Shown here: in pieces, positions 24,303 to 27,638 of the stretch | Layout: every line of letters starts with the position of its first letter | How positions within the stretch are numbered: the stretch's first letter is position 1 | Origin: a virus | Taxonomy: Duplodnaviria; Caudoviricetes | Virus record (IMG/VR): IMGVR_UViG_3300040971_000136 | Location: 1 to 27,638 of that record | DNA: 27,638 nucleotides | Reading direction: 5' to 3' (one strand) | Program-made: the position numbers and the translations under genes | The notes under the pieces: model-generated | What the model saw: the letters and a program-made list of their open reading frames with translations, nothing else | Database searches by the model: none | Told to the model about the DNA's origin: nothing

Positions 24303-26212
24303 TCCGCGCGCACCGCGTAAACGCCACGGCCCAGGATGACGCCAGCTTTATCACGGGGTGGAATGTTGCACCTAACCTCACCTATGTGCTGCAAGTTTTT
24401 CCTGGGGAAACGTCCTGTGGGGTTTTGGCGTACAGCGATGATGAAATAACACTTGTCGCATCAGGGGCGGCTCTGACTGGGGCAAATCAGCCGTGTGTGC
24501 TGACCCCGTCGTCTGGGTATCCCCTCGGCATGGTCGACGCGGATTTGGGCTGGCACCTACTACTGACGACCGCTGGCACCGAATTGCAGCGGACGATACG
24601 GATCGGCCCTACCGTTGACCTGCCAGACGAGGTCCACCCTGCCTATGCCGATGACGACATGGCCCTGGCCCGTGCCACGGCGGCCATTGACGGCGCGGCG
24701 CACTATCTCGACGACGTGGCAGTAGCTTGCCCACGCGGGCTTGGCGCTGGGCTTGGAGATGTCGTGAGCGTGCCAGTGGATGGCACGGCGGTGGTCGGAC
24801 AGGTCGAGTCGGTTACGTGGACGGCCACCCCGGACGGCACTCCCGACCAGGTTATGATCCGTCGGCATGTTGCGATTGCTCCAGGTGCGTGGGTAGACCC
24901 TGTCATAGAGTTGCCCGAAGTAGAAGACGACGCGGCAACGACTGATTCGGTGACCACTGCAAGCGGAAATGTGCTGTCAAATGACGATAGCGGGCTGACG
25001 ATCGTGGCGGTCAATGGCCTATCAGCGCTCGTCGGTGTTGCGGTTAATGGAAGTAATGGTGGGACATTTGTCGTGGAGGCAGATGGGTCATGGACATTTG
25101 ACCCAGATGGAGCGTTTGACGGCGTTCCGGTTTGGTCGTCAGAGACAACGTCTGTTGTGTATTATGCATTCGACGGGGTCAGCGAGGCCCCCGGGACCCT
25201 GACTGTCACTGTTGAGGCATATAACCCGCCACCTATAGCTGTGGCTGACTCCGAAACAACATCTGCAATCAAAACAGTTGAAGGAAATGTTCTTACAAAC
25301 GATACTGATGGTAATGGGGACCCGTTAACGGTGTCTGCCGTTAATGGCACTGCCGTTAATGTCGGTGCGACAGTGCCAGGAAGCGCCGGGGGCATGTTTA
25401 CGGTCGTATCGAATGGCGCATGGGCTTTTGATCCGAATGGGGATTTCGATGCAATTACTGCCGTGACAGACACATGGGTCGATTACACCATTTCTGACGG
25501 GCACTCCACAGCAACGGCTCGTCTGACGGTGTCTGTCACGCCATCGGCTGCGGCTATCGAGCTCGTTGGAACCGCAACAGGCCATGCCAAAAACACAAAT
25601 TATACCATAAACCTTCCAGCAGGTGTTTTGCCTGGTGATCTTGTGCTTGTGGTAACTGGTTGCCACTCGTCTGGGAACCTAAACCCCGGTATTGTGTCTC
25701 CTGCTGGATACACCGAGCTTGCTGATCTATGGGCTGATGATTCCTCCGATGCAAATTTGTCAATAAATTACAAAATAATGGCTGACCCTGTTGATACAAG
25801 CGTGACTGTCAGCGGGTCGGCATCGTCGGAGCTTGGGGCGGCGACAGCTATATATGTTTTCCGAGGTGTAAACCAGCTTGATCCGCTCGATGTGTCTATA
25901 CAGACCGCAGTTGGGGCAAACTCAGCGTATGCTGACTGCCCGCCCATAACACCAGTAACGGATGGAGCCCTGGTCGTAATCTTTGGCGCGTGGACGTACC
26001 AGGCGGCAACCGCCGACACGACAGTCAAGGCCGGCGAGGGATGGGAAAACTTCATCGCAATAAATAGCGCTGTTTATTATTTTTCGATTCAGGGATGCAC
26101 AAAATTTTGGGAGTCAGGGGACGGAACAATAGATCCAGCAGCATGGACCGGACAGGGTACGTCAACATCTAGATCATGGGCGGCAGTGTCACTCGCGCTC
26201 AAACCGTCATAA
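24299..26212 (+). CDS. Tail tip/adhesin protein with two cadherin-like (VCBS/Big_9) Ig domains
   Basis: P.A.DD.......GNVL.ND....LT..AVNG...G.F.V..DG.W.FDP.G.FD repeats; C-terminal INLPAGV.PGDLVLV beta domain. Confidence 0.78.
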   Translation: MIRAHRVNATAQDDASFITGWNVAPNLTYVLQVFPGETSCGVLAYSDDEITLVASGAALTGANQPCVLTPSSGYPLGMVDADLGWHLLLTTAGTELQRTIRIGPTVDLPDEVHPAYADDDMALARATAAIDGAAHYLDDVAVACPRGLGAGLGDVVSVPVDGTAVVGQVESVTWTATPDGTPDQVMIRRHVAIAPGAWVDPVIELPEVEDDAATTDSVTTASGNVLSNDDSGLTIVAVNGLSALVGVAVNGSNGGTFVVEADGSWTFDPDGAFDGVPVWSSETTSVVYYAFDGVSEAPGTLTVTVEAYNPPPIAVADSETTSAIKTVEGNVLTNDTDGNGDPLTVSAVNGTAVNVGATVPGSAGGMFTVVSNGAWAFDPNGDFDAITAVTDTWVDYTISDGHSTATARLTVSVTPSAAAIELVGTATGHAKNTNYTINLPAGVLPGDLVLVVTGCHSSGNLNPGIVSPAGYTELADLWADDSSDANLSINYKIMADPVDTSVTVSGSASSELGAATAIYVFRGVNQLDPLDVSIQTAVGANSAYADCPPITPVTDGALVVIFGAWTYQAATADTTVKAGEGWENFIAINSAVYYFSIQGCTKFWESGDGTIDPAAWTGQGTSTSRSWAAVSLALKPS

Positions 26213-26222
26213 TAGAGGCCCC

Positions 26223-26477
26223 ATGCCCATAACCCCATCATCCATCCTGCCCCGCCGCCCCGTCCCCGAAATCGCTACCGGCCCCGTCACCGCTGTCGGC
26301 GTCGGCTCGGTCTCCGTCCGGATCAGGCCGGACCTGACCGTCCTTGTCAGCACTTCGCAGCCCTACGCCGTGGGGCAAATGGTCAGCGTGGCCATCCCGG
26401 GCGGCCACCTGTCGTCGGCTCAAATCATCGGCGGCGCGTCTGGGAGTGCGCCACGGATCAGGTATGTTGCGGTTTAG
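26223..26477 (+). CDS. Small tail-tip protein (OB-fold/spike-like)
   Basis: SD GAGG; G.VTAV....VSV......V.VS......VGQ.V.V pattern; last late gene. Confidence 0.55.
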   Translation: MPITPSSILPRRPVPEIATGPVTAVGVGSVSVRIRPDLTVLVSTSQPYAVGQMVSVAIPGGHLSSAQIIGGASGSAPRIRYVAV

Positions 26478-26980
26478 CGGATTTTCTCGAAAGTGAATTC
26501 CCAATTTCCAGTGCTCGAATGGATCTCAAACCAGACCTCGTCATCCTTTGGCAGGGTGACGGTGGTCTGAGTGTCGGCTTTTCCGATACGGTTGACGAGC
26601 AGATCGCTCAGGCCCCGCCTGGTATGCATCCAGATCGCAAAATGGCCCTTGGCTTTGTACTCATATTCAAGCCGATATGTCCCGGCCCGGTATCCAAATT
26701 TTTTGGTCATTTCCTCGGCCCCGCGCCCGGAATAAAGGCCGCGTGACCTGCGCCATTCGATGCCGCTCAGGTCGAAATTGTCCTCTGGCTCAACCTGGCG
26801 AGACTGGCCAACCGAATATGTCGGAGATGGTTGCTCGATGACTTCAACAAGGGGCTTTGGCGCGTTCGGGTCATCCTCTGACGAGACAATGGGCTCTTTC
26901 TGCCCAGGGGCGTACATTTTCCAGCCAGCATGGGCCGACGTGGCGGCTAGGATCAGTACGAGGATGATGATCTTTCTCAT
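26474..26980 (-). CDS. Moron: exported beta-rich protein, distant homolog of 1733-2188
   Basis: SD TAAGGAG; signal peptide MRKIIILVLILAATSAHA; antisense to late genes. Confidence 0.85.
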   Translation of the reverse strand: MRKIIILVLILAATSAHAGWKMYAPGQKEPIVSSEDDPNAPKPLVEVIEQPSPTYSVGQSRQVEPEDNFDLSGIEWRRSRGLYSGRGAEEMTKKFGYRAGTYRLEYEYKAKGHFAIWMHTRRGLSDLLVNRIGKADTQTTVTLPKDDEVWFEIHSSTGNWEFTFEKIR

Positions 26981-27144
26981 GTTTTACTCCTTAGCGGATG
27001 CCCACAGACGCAACATCTTTCCGCTGTGGGTTCTTGATGCGCCAAACACCTTGGACAGACAGTTGGTTGCCTGTGAGTTTTCCAAGCACAAATCCCGGCG
27101 CAGGAAGTCACTGCCAGCGCGATAAAGGCCATAAGCAAGTTCAC
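26977..27144 (-). CDS. 55-aa membrane-anchored zinc-ribbon microprotein (not in ORF track)
   Basis: GTG start with SD GGGAG; MNLLMAFIALAVTSCAGICAWKTHRQPTVCPRCLAHQEPTAERCCVCGHPLRSKT; TGA overlaps ATG of 26980 gene. Confidence 0.78.
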   Translation of the reverse strand: MNLLMAFIALAVTSCAGICAWKTHRQPTVCPRCLAHQEPTAERCCVCGHPLRSKT

Positions 27145-27336
27145 TGCCGTCTCCCGTTATTTTTCGCGCGCCTAGCATGGATTGATCGCTCGGTCAGCAA
27201 AAATATTGTCAGACAGAGGCAAGTTTGAAGGGTGATGCTTGGAAGGCGTTAGACAAGGGGCATAATGCCCGGGATTATCACTGATTTTTTAAGCTGAAAT
27301 TTGGGAGTATTTTGGGGTACACCGGCGGGCAGTTTT

Positions 27337-27417
27337 TCACGATAAATGAGAAAAAAGGAGTCAGCGCGAATTCTCATTTATCGTGACATAAATTCTCATT
27401 TGTCGTGCGCGCTCACA
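27337..27417. repeat. Prophage right end (attR): three end sites and terminal CA
   Basis: TCACGATAAATGAGAA 27337-27352 (inverted), AATTCTCATTTATCGTGA 27369-27386, AATTCTCATTTGTCGTG 27391-27407 (22-bp spacing), CA 27416-27417. Confidence 0.9.
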
Positions 27418-27489
27418 GTGGCTGCTGGGAGGGCGGACTGTTTACTGTTGATCGTGGAATGGGCCGGACGAACCAGCGCGGCTGGGCGG

Positions 27490-27529
27490 AAAAAGAAAAA
27501 GGCCTAAGAGTTTTTGCTCTTAAGCCTTT
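27490..27529 (-). terminator. Rho-independent terminator of the tRNA gene
   Basis: Minus strand AAAGGCTTAAGAG-CAAAAA-CTCTTAGGCCTTT then TTCTTTTT. Confidence 0.75.
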
Positions 27530-27537
27530 GATTTCTT

Positions 27538-27614
27538 TGGTAGCGGGGGCAGGATTTGAACCTACGGCCTTCGGGTTATGAGCCCGACGAGCTACCATGC
27601 TGCTCCACCCCGCG
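27538..27614 (-). tRNA. tRNA-fMet (CAT), host gene
   Basis: CGCGGGGTGGAGCAGCATGGTAGCTCGTCGGGCTCATAACCCGAAGGCCGTAGGTTCAAATCCTGCCCCCGCTACCA: C1:A72 mismatch, GGG/CCC anticodon stem, encoded CCA, 77 nt. Confidence 0.97.
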
Positions 27615-27638
27615 CCATGTGAGAAGAGCTTTCTATGT

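Larger units (their letters stand above)
1..27417 (+). mobile_element. Mu-like transposable prophage (right part; left end outside window), sipho-type tail
   Basis: Mu-type gemA, gp28 terminase, gp29 portal, gpF, protease I, gpT, gp36, gpG in Mu-like order; ends in CA at 27416-27417 preceded by three repeated end sites; no tail sheath or baseplate wedge genes. Confidence 0.95.

Noticed and set aside
26984-27178. 64-aa minus-strand ORF from the track
   Set aside because: No SD or recognisable features; the overlapping 55-aa frame has SD, TM, zinc ribbon and ATGA coupling
26212-27337. gin invertase, invertible fibre segment, com/mom
   Set aside because: No recombinase or DNA-modification ORF and no long inverted repeats found
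27337-27407. CRISPR-like or terminator reading of the terminal repeats
   Set aside because: Only three ~17-bp units, one inverted, 4-5 bp between the direct copies, ending at CA; fits transposase end sites
27413-27598. 61-aa ORF MVARRAHNPK...
   Set aside because: Translation of the tRNA-fMet gene and its terminator
27418-27614. tRNA as attB of this prophage
   Set aside because: Element ends by Mu-type CA terminus 120 bp away; no tRNA 3' duplication or integrase in the window

Overview
Bases 1-27417 are the middle/late half and the physical right end of a transposable (Mu-like) prophage in a GC-rich (~60%) Gram-negative host; Desulfovibrionales-like is my unverified impression. Gene order: end of the semi-essential region, gemA, two HTH/Cys proteins (no recognisable Mor/C activator), a moron, holin-lytic transglycosylase-spanins, TraR/DksA-like, terminase, portal, gpF, an HU-like gene, protease/scaffold, decoration protein, gpT capsid, neck genes, a NON-contractile (sipho-type) tail with a -1 frameshift chaperone and 1218-aa tape measure, an unusual Cys/Ig-rich tail tip, and an antisense two-gene moron where Mu has gin/com/mom. 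The element ends at ...CA 27417 with three Mu-type end sites; host DNA with tRNA-fMet follows. Features absent from the ORF track that I read directly: a complete type II hammerhead ribozyme (105-163), an exact internal copy of the end/transposase-binding site (4588-4605), a motif shared by the two presumed late promoters (2252-2307 and 9811-9867), a signal-peptide-like leader on the major capsid protein, the frameshifted chaperone ORF, a 55-aa TM/zinc-ribbon gene (26977-27144), two distantly homologous secreted morons 24 kb apart, and an apparently split tail hub protein. All family assignments are from motif recognition and synteny; no database search was run.
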